NCBI GenBank assembly: GCA_017535325.1
Contig: JAFXUC010000089.1
Coordinates: forward strand, 4,674 to 68,673
Source: Bacteroidales bacterium
Lineage (GTDB): Bacteria; Bacteroidota; Bacteroidia; Bacteroidales; UBA3824
Reading direction: 5' to 3'
DNA: 64,000 bases
Each line of letters opens with the position of its first letter. The stretch's first letter is position 1. Below, piece by piece: positions 18,801-33,800 of this stretch. A program made the position numbers and the translations under genes. The notes beneath the pieces are model-generated. The model was not told the DNA's origin, did not search any database, and was given only the letters and a program-made list of their open reading frames with translations.

Positions 18801-21800
18801 CTTGTTAAGCGGTGATGCGGAAATTGCAACCTCATCGCTACAATAATCTTCAACAGGAGCAGCCGAAACTTGAATGCTCTTATTCTCAACGTTGGTAGTC
18901 TTAGTAATCTTACAACTCGGATCGCGGTCAACCGTTACTGTCCAAGTCAAGATAGTAGAACCGCGTCTTGCACCGGAATACCTCGTAATATTAGATTCTG
19001 AATCAAATATTGAGAACTCTGCATATTCAGTACCTTTCTTCATAGCCCAAACACCGTGCGTTCCTGCTTCGAGTGCGCTTGCCTCAATCTGACCGTGGTC
19101 GTCGCAACTGCTGAAATACTGTGAAACTGATACTTTCGGAGCAATGTTGTTAATCGTAATTGAAGAAGAACCTACACAACCGCCTTGTGAGCGTACTTCC
19201 CAAACAATCACGTTTTCACCCTTATCCAAGTCGGTAACTTTGGTCTGCCAGTTGGTTTTGTTAGCAACCTGACCACCACCCTTGGTTACTTTCCACAAAC
19301 CGGTGTAATCATGATTTGCAGGATTTTCGGTTGCAGACAAATCATATTCGTAACCGCAATAGTCATCAACTCTCGTATTCGGAAGTTGCGCACTTGGTAT
19401 CAAGTAATCAACAGTGATATTAGTAGCGTCAGAACATCTGCCGTTAGTAACAGTCCATGTAAACGAGTTCTTGCCTTTGTTGAGGTTGTCTACCCTACTG
19501 TTGTACAATGTTTCGTCTGCGATGGTAACATCGTTAGAACCGCTCCATGTACCGGTTTCACCTGTTTTGAGGATACCATTCAAGTCTGTGAAGTTATCGC
19601 AGGTTGTACCGTCCTGAGCCTCTGCAACAACCTTGCTGCTCATTACAACAGCGTAAGCATCGTGAGGACAAGCATTCTTGGTGTATGTCCACTTCAAGTT
19701 GACAGTAGCACCCGCAGCAATGTTAAGTTTTGCATTCGGATTGGTAGTCTGATCATCAGCAATCCAGCCTTCACCAGACTCTACCGTCCAATAACCTGAA
19801 CCGACCGAGTAACTTGTAGCCTGTAACGTTACATAATCGTTACACAAAGGCTGTGTTCCTTTGATTTTGTAATTACCGTAGTAGTACTTGCCGTCACCGC
19901 CGTCAGATACTTTCCATTCTTTGCCGCCTGCGCTGAGGTTGAAGCCGTTGTTGACAACCGTTACAGCCTTGCTGTCTTCACACTTAATACCGCCGCGGTC
20001 AATCTTAACGTACCAGATATACTTCTCGTTGAAGTCAGGTTTAACACCGTTGACCTCGGTAACAGCAGCCTTAGAGTCTCTCATTACGCCCTGGTTAGAC
20101 GGAGTAGCCGGTTCCCAATGACATTCAGCCTCGCTGAGTGCCGTTGCTTCAAGCATTACGTTGTTGCCCGTACAAGTATTAATGGTTTCGTTAGTAACCT
20201 CAGCCTTAACTTTGTTAGACCTTACGCTGACAGTCTTAACATCAGTACACTTCTCGTTAACCGTGCTTGTTACTGTCCATTTCATTGTTGCAAACGCGTC
20301 TACTGCAAGGTTCTTCAAAGTTATGGTTGAACTTTCAGTATCACCTTCAACAATTACATCGGTCTGGTCGTCTTTGGTCCATTTACCTGTGCAACCGCTC
20401 GGCAATACAGCCTGCAATGTATATTCATCGCTGCAAGTGTAAATCTGGTTGTGTTCGTCAACGTTTGCAATAGAGGTTTCAACTCTGTTGCTTACGATTG
20501 TTACCTCATCGGTGAGAGAACATTCGCCCTTAGATACCGTCCAGTAGAAGGTATTGGAACCCTGAGACTTCTTCAAACCGCTGATTGCAACTGACTCTGC
20601 GGTAGAAGAAAGAACTACGTCTGCCGAGAAGGGACTGCCCTTAGACCACTCACCCGTAGAACCTGTGCCTTCAAGGTTGTTGGCTGTAAGGGTCTCCTTG
20701 TCGTTACAAGAGTAGATTATCTTCTTGCCTTCATCGTTCTTAGCAACGTTGATTTCGGCTTTAACGGTGTTGTTGACAACCGTAACCTTGTCAGTCTTAA
20801 CGCACTGGCCTTCGCTTACCGTCCAGGTAAATACCGAAGAACCGGCGGGCAAATTCTTAACCCTTGCGTTGGCAACCGTCTTGTCGTCCAAAAAGATGAT
20901 GTCGTCAGAAGGTGCTTTCCAAACACCCGTTCCGCAATATGCTTCGAGTGTAGCCGGGTCAACAGCGTTGAGTTGAGCCTCGCCGTCACAACTTTGAGCA
21001 ATAAGACCGACTCTTGCCAAAACCTGATTGTTGGTAATTTCAATCTCGTCGGTTGTAGAACATTTATCTTTCTTAACAGTGAAGGTAAATGTATGTGTAC
21101 CCTTATCAAGTTTCGTTACCGTTACAACGTTGGTGCTTGCATTAGGAGCAAATTCAGCGTTGCCGGTCAACTCCCATACGCAGGTCTCGCCTTCTTCGAT
21201 GTTGGCAGCCGTAAGAGTGAGCGAACCGTCGCAAATCTCTTTCTCTGCCGTCAACCTGTCGGTAATAATAGTAGCCTGAGAAGGATCGTTGTTGATAATC
21301 TTGACACTTACAGGATTGCTGCAAGTCTTTTCAGAGCCTGCTTTCTTAACCGTCCAGAATATTTCGTTCTCACCCTTAATCAAGCCGGTAACATTAGTTA
21401 TCGAAGATGTTGAATTAGAGAACTGAACAGTCTTGTTGTTGCATGACCACTCGCCGATAAAGCCGTCGGGCAAAGTACCAGTCAAGTCGTTATAAGTATC
21501 GCCGCAGATCTTCAACTCACCAGAAGGAACTTTCGGTATTCTCGGCGTATACTTGAAGTTGGTAACAACTGCCTCAACCTCATCGTAACAAGAAGTCAAT
21601 ACATCGTCGTAAATTCTCCAAATAAGGGTTGCCGAAGCATTTTCGTCAACACCGTGGTAAACAGCGTCAGCAGACAGAGTAGAAGCAACTTTGTTGTCCG
21701 CGCTTCCGAAGTATCCTGAATAAGACTCTGCTTTCTTGTACCAGTAACCCTTCATGTCGTTTCTGTCTTTGTTGGCATGGAGTTCAAACTCGCCGTCGCA

Positions 21801-24800
21801 AGACTCGTAAGTAGTCTTAGCCTTCGGGAGCGGCTTGCGGTTGTAAAGCGTTACGTAATCCGTAGCAGTACACTTGTCGCTGCCTGTGCCGCGCTCTTCT
21901 GTCCATGTCAAAGTAGCATTCTCGCTGAATGATACATATACCTTGTTAGAGGTTGTGTTGTCATCCTTGAAGGTTACTCCGTCAGAAGCCGTCCAGTATC
22001 CTGTGCCTACCAAAGTCTGAGCCTCAACAACGATGTTGTCCTGACCGCAGACATTGCGTGTCTTGGTTGCGGCTTCGAGGTCGGCGTCAACCGTGAAGGT
22101 CTTGTCGTATACCGTTACCGTAGAAGAAGACTCACAGAAGCCGTCCTGAGACGTTACAGTCCAAGTGAACTTATAGTCGCCGCCGGCAAGGTCAGTTACC
22201 GGAGTCTTGTAAGTCGTCGGACTTGCGATAGTATATGTACCGATATTGTCACCGGTCATCGTCCATTTACCTGTTGCATTGTAATTGAGGTCGCTTGCAT
22301 CTGCCTCCAAAACTGTCTCGTGTTTGCAAACCGTGAGAGATCCACCAGCGTGAGACTCAACAGCCGAGTTGACAAACGTTACAGGATCAGACGGTAAGAT
22401 TGCGCAGTTTCCGCCCTGAACATTCCAGTAGAAACTTGTTGTACCGTGCGGTATGCCTTTGACTACAATGCTTTCCGTGCTTACGTTAGACGGCATTGTT
22501 ACCTCGTCGGGACGGTTGCATGTCCACCAGCCGGTTGCACCGCTTTCAGCAATGCTGCTTGCTTCGAGAGTGATGCCTTCGTCCTTATTGCTGTCGTAAC
22601 AGATTGTTCCGCCGTTTGTAAGAACCTCAGCCTTGTAAGAAGTATTGGTAATAGCAACACTTACAGGTATCTGACATTCAACATCCATATCAGGACGTTT
22701 CTTTCTGTATACCGTCCAAGTGAAGGTTGTCGTAGTATTGGGTACGAGGTTCTTAACAAGTACCTGATTATTTGACTTCTCTTGGTCATAACCATTAGTA
22801 CCCCATGTAAGACCCTGAGCATCGGCTTTCCATTCGCCTCTGTCTTTACCGTCAGCAGCCTTTGCAGAAAGCATGATGTAATCCTCGCAAATAGTCTTGC
22901 TTTCGGTGTAGATTACAGGAACGTCAGGCAAATTGTTGGTGATGACAACAGCCTTAGAGTCTTCGCACTGGTTAGCAGTTCTCTTAACGTGCCATACAAA
23001 CTTAGTACCTTCGTTCTTCAAGCCCTTAACCGTAACGTTCGGGTCAAGCGAACCGTCAGTGTATTTAGAATTTTCAGTGTAGAACTCTACGCCGCTGACT
23101 GCATTCCAGTAACCTGTTGCGTCATCCGGTTTTGTAGCGTTCATCGTGTAAGAATCTGTACACTCGGTGTAATCGTTAACACCTGCCGTAAACTCGCTGT
23201 CTTTGAACATATCGTTAACAACCGTTACATAATCATGTTTGGTCGGGCAGTTAACAATTTCATTATCGTTAGCGTCTTTTGCTGCGTAGTATACGTTCCA
23301 AGCAAACGTGTAAGTACCTTTGGCAGTAAGACCGCTTACCTTTGTAGTATAGTTAGAAGCACTTGCAATTACGCTCTGGTCGATTACATATCCCTCAGGA
23401 GCGTCAATAAGCGTCCAGTAGCCCTTAGCGTTGCCGCTTACGTTCTGTGCTTCGAGCGGCGTTGTCATCAGACCGTCAGGCGAACAAATCGTGATGTCTG
23501 AGGTAACAACTTTTGCAGTTACGTTCTGATTAGCAACCTTGATAACTCTTTCATCGTGGCACTTAGCACCTTTACGTACCGTCCATGTGAAGATGTCGCC
23601 CGTTGACGGAATGTCGATTGCCGTTACAGAGAACGCTGATGCCGCCGTCAAAGTCTGACCGTTTACGACAAACTTGGAACCGTTCTGCGACGTCCATTCT
23701 CCCGTAGAACCCGGATATTTCTCGTAACTGTTAACAACTTGAAGATTAATCTCGTTATCCTTGCAACTGTAAAGGTTGAGGTCAGGAATGTTGCCTGCTT
23801 CAACGTAGTTGTTAGTAATCGTTATAGACGCCTCGCTCTTACAATAACCTTTCTCCAATGTCCAAACGAATACATTATTGTTAAGATCAAGATTATTATA
23901 GGTAACAGAGGTTACGTCGGTTGTTGCACCTTTTGCAACAGCACCGCCCCAAGTAGACCATGTACCCTTTACCTGACCCTTATCAAAGTCCGCCTCATCG
24001 AACTTGTCGGTTGTAAGAGTGATAGTGTTGTCGCAAGTTTCGGTTTCAGCCTTGATTCTTGCCTTAACCGGGTTGTTGTTGGTAACGGTCAAATCAGCAG
24101 TGTATTCGCAGTGTTTGCCGTCTACAACGCCGTCGGAAGTAACAGTCCAAGTAAATGTGTTAGGACCTCTTTCGAGAGCAGCCGTTACAGTAAGGCTTGA
24201 CTCGTCAAGCGCGGTGATTGCACCGTTCTTGTCTGATGACCACTTACCGGTGTAGCCGGTTTCAGGCATTGTGGCTTCAAGGTTGATTTCGGCATCGCAA
24301 GTAGTTGTTATGCCGGTCGTGGTTGAAACCTCAGGCTTGAAGTTGTAGTTGGTTACATAAGCCTCTACAACATCGCTACATTCAGTAAATTCGTTGTCGG
24401 TAACAGTCCAGAGCAACTTAACAGTGCTGTTGTCGTCCATACCGAAGAACTTAGCGTTTATGTTGGTCGTTGCCGAAACAGACTCGTCGAAGTAACCGTG
24501 AGCAGTTGCAACAGCCTTAGACCATACGCCGGTTGTACCGTCAGCAGCAGCGGTTGCAGTAAGTTTTGCAACTTCGCCGTTACAAGTAGAGTACAGTTTC
24601 GTAGCGTTAGCAACAGGTTTGCGGTTGTAAAGCGTGATAGAAGCCTCAGCATCGCAACCGTTATAATCCTCGTGCCATACAAGCGTTACGCCGTTCTTTG
24701 TAATACCGCCGGTTACATCAGTAATGTAGTTGGTCGGATCGCTTACTGTTACGCCCTGAGGAAGAATCCAATGACCTTTTGCACCGGTGTGCGGCAATGT

Positions 24801-27800
24801 AGCCGTCAAAGGTTTGTCAGCAGGAGTTGCCTCGCCGCAGACATAACGCTGTCTGCTGAACGGAACTTCTACACCGTTCTCAATTACAGGCTCGCCGTAG
24901 TAATCAGCGTATTCAACCGTAAAGCCGTTCTTATGAATAGTAACCTCGTCAGAGATTTCACAACCGTGTGCGGAAGTAACAGTCCACTTGAACTTGTAAT
25001 CACCCTCGGTCATACCCTTTATTACCGTGTGGTAATAGGTCGGACTTGCGATGGTTACTAATTCCTTGCTAACACCGCTTTCTATCGTCCACTTGCCGGT
25101 GCCTAAGGATGACGGGTCGCTTGCATTAAGACCGTCGTAATCAGACTTACACCATGTAACGTCGTTGCCTGCATTTGCAGAAACTTTCTCGTTGTTAACA
25201 GTGATGGTCTTCTGATGTTTGAGCGGGTCAAACGGACAAGGACCGTCAACTTTCCAAGTAAATACCGTAACACCGTATTTCAAACCAGATACGCTGATTT
25301 CGTTAGCAGAGTTAGAACCCTCATTAGTGAAGGTTACAGGATTAGAAGTCTCCCAGTGTCCGGGTACTCCGTATCTCTCCTGAGAATTTGCAGCAAGCAA
25401 GTTGTAAGCAGCACCGTCTTTTGTTATCAAGGTGTTGTCGCAAGTCAAGATGCTGGTTTCGCCCTCAGGAACAGCCGTTAAGATTTCAGCCTCGTAATCC
25501 CTGTTGGTAACCTTGATTTCGGCTCTTGAAGTACACTTGCTGCCGGTGCCGTTTGCTCTTTCAACAACCCAAGCAAAGGTTGCTTCGGAATTAGCAGCCA
25601 AACCGCTGATTTCAACTTTGTTGGAGTTAGCATCTTTTGCTGTTACAGTACCAAACAAGTACTCCCAGTGTCCTGTGCCTTCGCTTACAGCCGTTGAATT
25701 AAGTTCGTAAGGCTGATTACAGATAGCGATTTCAGAGCCTTCTTCGATTACAGCCTCGTCAACGGCGTTGTTCTTAATCGTTACCTTGTCAGAAGCCGTA
25801 CAACCTGACGGGTTGGTTACCGACCAAGTGAAGTTGTTAGAAACTTTGTTGCTGAGACCGGTTACCTTAGTAGTAGCCGAAGAAGCGTTCTCAAACTGAA
25901 CCTCAGTGTTAGCCGTCCAAAGACCTGTCCAGCCCTCCTTCAAAGCGGTTGCTTTCAACTCGTACTCGTCAGAGCAGTTCTGACCGTTGATTACGGCAGT
26001 GTTGGCATCAGAGCCGGCATTTACGGTGAACTCTCTGTTTTCAACAGTGAACGTGGTAGAAGTTGTACAACTGTTGACAGTAGTGCCGTGAACAACCGTC
26101 CATGTGAAGGTTGCAGTAGTACCCGGTTTCAAGAAACGGTATGTTGCCGATTTGCCTTCTGCGGTGGTAACTCTTACATTGGAATCAGTACCGAATGTAC
26201 CGCTTTCAGCATCCACGGTCCAAACACCGTGTGTATTTCTGTCGGTCAAATCGTTGGTTGTCGTCATCATAATGCCCTTTGCGCCGTCGCTGGTAAAGTC
26301 TTTGTCAGCAGCGGCAAGAGCCGTATATTCATCATTGTATATCGTGATGTCATCATAATCCTCACAAGCATCGTTCTTAACAGTCCATCTGAGGGTTACA
26401 CCGTTGTTGGTAAGACCGCTTACAGATGTAATAGCCGCAGTTGAATTGTCGAAGGTGATGTAATCGGCATTCTTAGGATTGATAACTTCCCAGTACTGCT
26501 CGGTTACGCCGCTCGGCAATGTTGAAGCGTGGAGTTCGTAAACTCCGCCGCAAGCACTTGCTGACTTGCCGTGTTCATTGTCAACATTAACGTCAGCATC
26601 AACAGTGAACATTGCGTTGGTGATGTTGACAACAGCAGCCGTGTCGCAGACATGCTTGTCATTAATCTCTCTGTAAACATTCCATGCAAACGAGTACTGA
26701 CCAGTCTGTGAAAGACCGTTAACAGTAGTTGCTGTTTCAGTAGAATTTGCAATTACAATCAACTTAGAATCCTCGATACGTGTATCAGGATAAGTTCTAA
26801 GCGTCCAGTAACCCTTAGCATCCTCACCGTACTGAGTAATTGATGTTGCCACCAAATCTACGCTTTCACCGCAAATTGAGTTCTGATCGTTCTTAGCCTT
26901 AGCCTCGGCAAGTACACTGTGGTTAGCGATTGTTACCTCGTAACTGTCATGACAATGACCCTTGTAAACCGTCCAAGTGAAGATTTCACTATTGTTAGGT
27001 TTGATTCCGCTAATCTTAATTACTGAACTTTCAGAATTATCTATCGAAGCGTTTTTGCCGTCGGTCTTCATTGTCCAGCGTCCGTAAGCCGAAGCACCGT
27101 TGTTTACAACCGGGTCTTCTGCCGACAAGGTGTAAACGCCGCCGCAAGTGTAAGCGTCTTCGGGTTCTGTACCCATGTGAACCTTGTTGTTGACAACGTT
27201 GATTGTGCTTTCTACATAACACTTGTCATGTCCCGTGCGGAAGATTCTCCAAGTAAGGAGGTTGTCGTCAGCACTCATGCTTGTAAGCGTTACAAGTGAA
27301 GATGCCGAGATACCGTCCTTGAACGAACCGCTGCGGTTGGTGTACCAGTAACCTTCTACATTGTCAACAACAGGTGCTTTTGCTTGAAGTTCCTGGTTAC
27401 CGTCGCAAGTTTCAACTTCCTGACCGGCGTTGGTCAAGATTTCGGGATAACCAGGATGGATATTGTCGATGGTTACCTCTGTATAGTTGTTGTTACACTT
27501 GTCGCCGGTGGTGTTGAGAACCGTCCAACGGAGAGTGTTGAGACCAAATTCAAGACCCTTAACAGTTGTCTTAGAATCGTTAACACTTGCGAAGGTTACA
27601 TCAGAAGATGTCGTACAAGACCATGTTCCGATAAAGCCTTCCGAAGGCATTTCACCGCTGACAACCGTGTCAAGACCGCAAACCTCAGGAGCGACATAAA
27701 TCGTCGGTTTGTAGTAGTTGTTAACGAGTTTTGCGTAATCGTATGCGGGACAGTCTTTCTCTACGCCGTCAGTATCGGTAAACTTAGAGGTTACAGTCCA

Positions 27801-30800
27801 AACAAGTTCTACCGAAGAGTTACCCGGTATGCCGGAGTAAACTGCGTCGTACTCGTCAACCTCGCTTGCACTATTGCCGTTGAACGAGCCTTTCAAAGTC
27901 GGAGACTTCTTAGACCATACGCCGTGTGTACCAGTAGCAACCGTCTTAGCGTTGAGAGTTACTCTGCCGTCCTCAGCACAAGTGTAGTAAACCTCTTTGC
28001 CTGCATCTACGATAGTCGGCTGAATGTTGTTAAGAGTAATCTTATCCTCAGCCGTACAACCCTTAGAAGTTGCATGCCATGTAAGTGTTGCCGTAGTGTT
28101 AACACCAAGGTCAACAGTGATGTCGTAGTAAGACGGGCTGTTGATAACAACCGTGCCGTTGTTGGGCGATACTGTCCAGTAACCTTCGTATTGAGAAGCG
28201 ATTACACTTGCAGTAGTACCGCAAATTGCGCGTTTCTTTGTTGCATCGTCTGCGGTGTTGTCTGCGTCAACAGTAAAGCCGTCAGCAGAAATTTCAACCT
28301 CGTCAGAAGCCTTACAACCCTTGGTTACATTGCCCTGAGCATCCACAGCATAATGTTTTGAGTAAACAGTCCATGTAAACTGGTATGCACCTGACTTCAA
28401 GCCTCTAACCGTAGATATATATTTCTTAGAATCATCAAATACAACCTGCTCGTAATCTACGCCGCCGGTACATTCCCAAACGCCGTGACATTCTGACTTC
28501 GGAGTTGTAGCAGTCAATGACTCGTATACGCCGTTGCAAGTAAAGCCGTCGTCGCCTGCATTGGTCGTAAGAGTTTCGTTGATAACAACGATTTCAGCCA
28601 CAGACTCGCTGCATTTGTGTTCAGCGTCCCAAGCATGCCACTGTAAGGTTGTAGAACCGTAAGGCAAGTTTTCAACAGTCATCATGTATGAGTTGGTGTT
28701 GCTTGCAAATGTAGCCTCGTTGCCGGTCTCATTTGTCCACCAGCCATTAACACCGTAGTCAGTCAAAACGTCGTTTGCCTGGAGTTTTATCTTATCCGAG
28801 CAGATAACGATTTCCTTAGACTCTTTTGCATTAACAGCAAACGGTACTGTAATATTAGCCTCATACTTCATATTCTTAACAGTAACCGAAGCCTCTGAAC
28901 GGCACTCTTCGCCGTTGCCGTTAGGACGAGAAATTATCCATGTGAATTTCTGATCCTGATTAGCAGCAAGGTTAGTTACAGTAATAATATTTGTAGTATA
29001 GTTACCGGTTGTATATCTAATCTGAGCCGGTGGCTCCCATCTGCCTACGCCTTTGCCTTCGGGATCGTTAGCATTGAGGCTGAGTTCATCACCGCAGACA
29101 ATGTTGCTTGCAAGCGGAGTGATGGAAGCCTTCTTAACCTGATTGTTGGTAATGGTTACCTCTCTCTTGTCTTCACAGCCGTTTGCATTTACTGTCCAAG
29201 TGAAGACGGTCGGCGTAGTATTGTTCAAAGCAGATACTCTTGCATTCGGATTGGTGCTTGCTGTTTCGCCGTCGGTGTAAACAAACGACTGTTTAGCCTC
29301 CCATTTACCGGTTGCACCTTCAACACCTTCGGGATAAGTACCCTGCAATGTGTAAGTACCGTCGCAAGACGCGTTAGCATCGTTGCCCGCCGTGAAACTG
29401 AATCTGTTGTTGGTTACGCTGAACTCTTTCGTAGTCGTACAAGTATTGTTGTTTTCCTTGTGCGTCAAAGTCCACTTGAAGGTTACGTTAGCACCGTTAG
29501 GCATATTGTAGAACGTTGCCGTAGAGCCTTCTACCGAGTAAACCTTTTCTTCGGTCTCACTAAACGAGCCTGATGTAGCGGTTGTTGTCCAAGCACCAAT
29601 CAAGTTGTCGTTCAAAGCGTTTGAAGAAGTCATCTTTATTGTACCGTTGCAGGTTGTCGGGAGAGCAGAAACTGCCGGTGTTACGCTGTTGTTGTAAACC
29701 ACGATTTCTTTCTCGTCTGAGCAACGATCCATAGTAACGCTCCAAATGAATCTCTTACCGAGACCGTCAAGACTTGTAAGGCTGAGTACCGAATTGGTGC
29801 TTACAACCTTTGTGCGGTCTTCGCCGGAGTACCATACGCCGGTAGCGTTTTCAGGAAGCATCGGTGTAATCTCAATGTTGTCGCCGCAGACACTGATGAT
29901 TTCGCCAGTTCTTACAACGTCCTCACGGTTGAAACTTACAGCAGCGTCAACCTCAAACTTGCCGCGGGTTACAACTACCTCGTCGTAAGCATGACAGATG
30001 TTGCCGTCAGCGTAAACCTGACCGTTCTTGTCTTTCTCGGTAAAGCCTTCAACGTGCTTAGATACCGTCCAGCGGAACTTGTAAGAACCGGTTGCAGTAA
30101 GACCGGTTGCAAGTACGCCGTTGCTTGTAGCAGCAGGCTCAAATTCGAGAGTAGACAAGGTTCTGCCTTCGAGAGTCCACTGACCGAATACATCCTGACC
30201 GTCGCCCTCTGCCGTGCCGTATGCCGACAACGGATCTGCGTAGAGGTTAACCTCGTCGCCGCAAATCGGAATTGCTTTCGGGTGAACGTTCGGGATAACC
30301 TGATGGTTGGTTACCGTTATGCTTTCGCTTGCAACGCAAGTGCCTTTCGTTACAGTCCACTTGAACTGCTCGGAAGTGCCGGCTGCGATACCGCTGACAG
30401 TTACATCGTAAGAAGAAGACTCCTCACCGAAAGAAATTCTCTTAGAGAGAGACTCCCATTTGCCGGTTGTTACGCCGGTGTTGTGAGCAACGTTGTCAGC
30501 AGCCTTCAAATTGTAAGTGCCGTTGCAAGTGTAAGCCGTTTCAGGAATCTTGTTGCCAAGGTTAACGGTGTTGTTGTTGATTACAACCGTAGTTGTATTG
30601 TCGCACCATTCGTAACCCGGACGGAAGATTGTCCATGTAAACGTGTTGGCGTCTTTTTCAAGCAGTGCCGTTGATTTGTTGATAACGAGGTTGGTTGTCT
30701 CGCTTACGTAAGCACCTTTCTGAATTACGCCTCTGTCATCAGACCATCTGCCGGTTACGCCTAACTCAACGTTTTCAGCCCAAAGTTCTACAGTACCGTC

Positions 30801-33800
30801 GCAAGATTCATTCTGAACGAGGTCTGAAATCTGAGCAATACCGGGCTGTACGTTAACAATCGTCTTAGATACAGTGTTGTTAGTACAAGCAGGACCGTTA
30901 TTGTTAAGTACCGTCCATTTAACTACGTTATCACCGTGGAGAAGGTTCTTAACAACAGTCTTAGAATCGTTCTTATTTTCAAATACGATGTCGTTGCTGA
31001 GTCTTGTCCAAGTACCCGTGAAACCTTCCGCCGGAATAGAACCGATAATATTAGCCTGATCGTTGCAAACATTAGGAGCAGTGGTTTCTTTTATAGTGAT
31101 TTGCGGAGTATACTTGTTGTTAACCACTCTGAATTCCTCAGAAGCCGAACAACCGTCAGCATTAGTTATCGTCCATTTCAAAATAGCAGTCTTGTTTTCT
31201 TCTGCCGAAGAGAATATGTATTTAGCCGTATGACCGTTAACCGCTGCAACACCGCCATCATACTGACCGGGTTGTGTGCTTTCTACTCTTGACCATGTGC
31301 CGGTGTAGCCGTCAGGAATATCAGCAGAGAGTTCTGCAACGCCGTCGCAAGTGTAGAATACCGGCTGTACGTAAACCGTAGGTTCTACATTATTAACAGT
31401 GATTTGGTCTTGTGCTGTACATTTCCTGTAATTGTCGTGCCATACAAAGACAGCCGTTCTCTCGCTACCGAGGTTGAAGTTCAATACATTGTCAGTAGCA
31501 TCGGTCGTGTAAGTCAAGTCATCAGGTCTTTCCCAATATCCGTCGCCTTTACGAGGTGTTGCAGTGATAGAGCCTGACTTGCCGCAGATGTCGATTTCAT
31601 GTCTCTTACCCGAAGCGTCAGCAAATACCTGCAAGCCGTCAGCATTGATTGTTACAGTCTGTACTGCGTTGCAACCTGCTTTCTTAGCTGCATCTTTCTG
31701 ACGAGCCGGAGATTCAAGCGTCCACTTAAAGGTGTACTTACCGCTCTTCAAGTTGTAAACCTCGGTTTCGTTTACATTTGAGTTCTCGAAAGAAAGACTC
31801 TCCTTGCCGTCGCCGGATTCACAAGTCCAATAACCTTTTGCCTGCCATGAAGACGGAGCCAAATCAGTCGTGAGTTTGTAAGTATCCGAACATGTATAAT
31901 CGGTGTAATTATCGGCTACCGTTACGCTTTGGTTAGTAATCTTAACGGTTGCTTTTTCCTCAGGACAATTACCGCCTTTAACATGCCATGTAAAGTTGGT
32001 CTGACCGTAAGGCAAATTGTAAGCGTTAACTGTACGGCTTTCAGTAGACGTTGCAGTTGCAGTAGACTCAGTACCGAATGTTACTTTCGGATTGCTTGCC
32101 GTCCACCAGCCTTTCGCATTGTATTGTTTAACTACGTCATTTGCTACAAGTTCGATGTTATCCTTACAGATAACCTGATCCTTAGTAGAAAGTTCCGCAA
32201 CATATCTCATATTGGAAATAGTAATCGTTCTGCCTAACTCTGCGGTAGATTTAGAGCAAACTACTTTTCCTGTTTCATCAGTATTCTCAATTACCCAATC
32301 TATCGTAACAACCGAGTTGTCGGGCAAATTAGTAATCGTTACGTTAGCGTCAGTAGATTTGCCGTTACCTACAAATGTTACGGTTTCAGGATTGAATAAC
32401 CAGTGTCCCTGACCTACCGATGCACTCTCTGCCGAAAGATCTACGGTAGCCTCACAAACAGCCTGACTCTTAGTATTAATTACAGGATCTTCAACACCGT
32501 AGTTCTTGATAGTTACCGTATGTTCTTTTTCGTCACAACCTGCATATTTTACAGTCCATGTAAGAACGTTGTCGGTAGCGTTGCTGAGACCTCTAACCGT
32601 AGTATTCGGGTCGGTGCTGTCGTCGAATGTGATTGTAGAGATTTCTTTGCCCCATTTACCGGTTGCGCCCTTAGGCATTGTAGCATGGAGTGTGTAAGAA
32701 TCGCTGCAATTCTGTGTCGTAGCATCAGTACCGGCAGTAAATTCAAAGTCGTTGTTCTTAACAACTTTAACTACCGTCTGAGAAGCACATTCGTCGTATT
32801 CCTTAGAACCGTCGGTTACTTTGCCAATGTGTACGTAGTTCCATTTGAAGGTTGCCTCAGCACCCTTAGTCATATCCGTGAATACGATAGACGGTTTGTC
32901 AGTACCGGTCAACTTAACAGATGACTCGTTTGTGCCGTCAAAATGACCGTGTGCAGTTGTTGTCCATACACCGTAATGTTTGTCGTCCAAAACATCGCTC
33001 GTGTTAAGCGTAACTTCGCTTGCACAAACTGACTCAGGAACGATAGCCGTTGCAATGAGTTTTTCATTGTAAAGGGTGATGTCATCATAAGCGGTACAAC
33101 TACCATTAGAAACTGTCCATCTCAAAGATACGCTGCCGGCAGCAGGAATATTGTTAACCTTAGCCGAAGCATTGTGGCTGTCAGTAGTTGAAATATAGCG
33201 TTCTGCCGAAGTACCGTCAGTCAATGTCCATGTACCCTGTCCGCCGTGCTGATCAACGTTAGCATTCATTGTAAACGTTGTGCCGCAAACTCTGATTTCT
33301 CTATCAAATCTCGTATCGGCATCAGCCGTAACGGTAGAGTTGTTAACGATTACGACATCAGAGGTCTTATGACAGATACCGCCGTCATTGTAACCGTCTT
33401 CACCGGCAATACCCGGAACAATTCTGTAAACATTCCAAGTGAACTGATATTCACCGTTTTCAGTCAAGTTGTAAGCCGTAGTAACATTAGCGTTAGAGTT
33501 AGAAATACCGGCTGTCGTAGAGGGCGACTGTTTAATATGCCACTCGCCTACAACCTCAGTATTCTCTATTGCATACGGTGTAAGAGCGTCCGCTTTGAGC
33601 GTAGCCTTTCCGAAGTCATCACCGCAAATGTCCTTAACTGTGTATACAACGGGTTTAACGTCGTAGTTAGTAACCGTTATGCTTTCGTTCTTAGAACAAC
33701 CGCCCTTATGAACAGTCCAAGTAAACTTAACTGACTTCTTGCGGTCGATACCGGTTACTTCTACGCTGTAATTAGAAGAAGCCTCGCCGAAGTTGATAGA

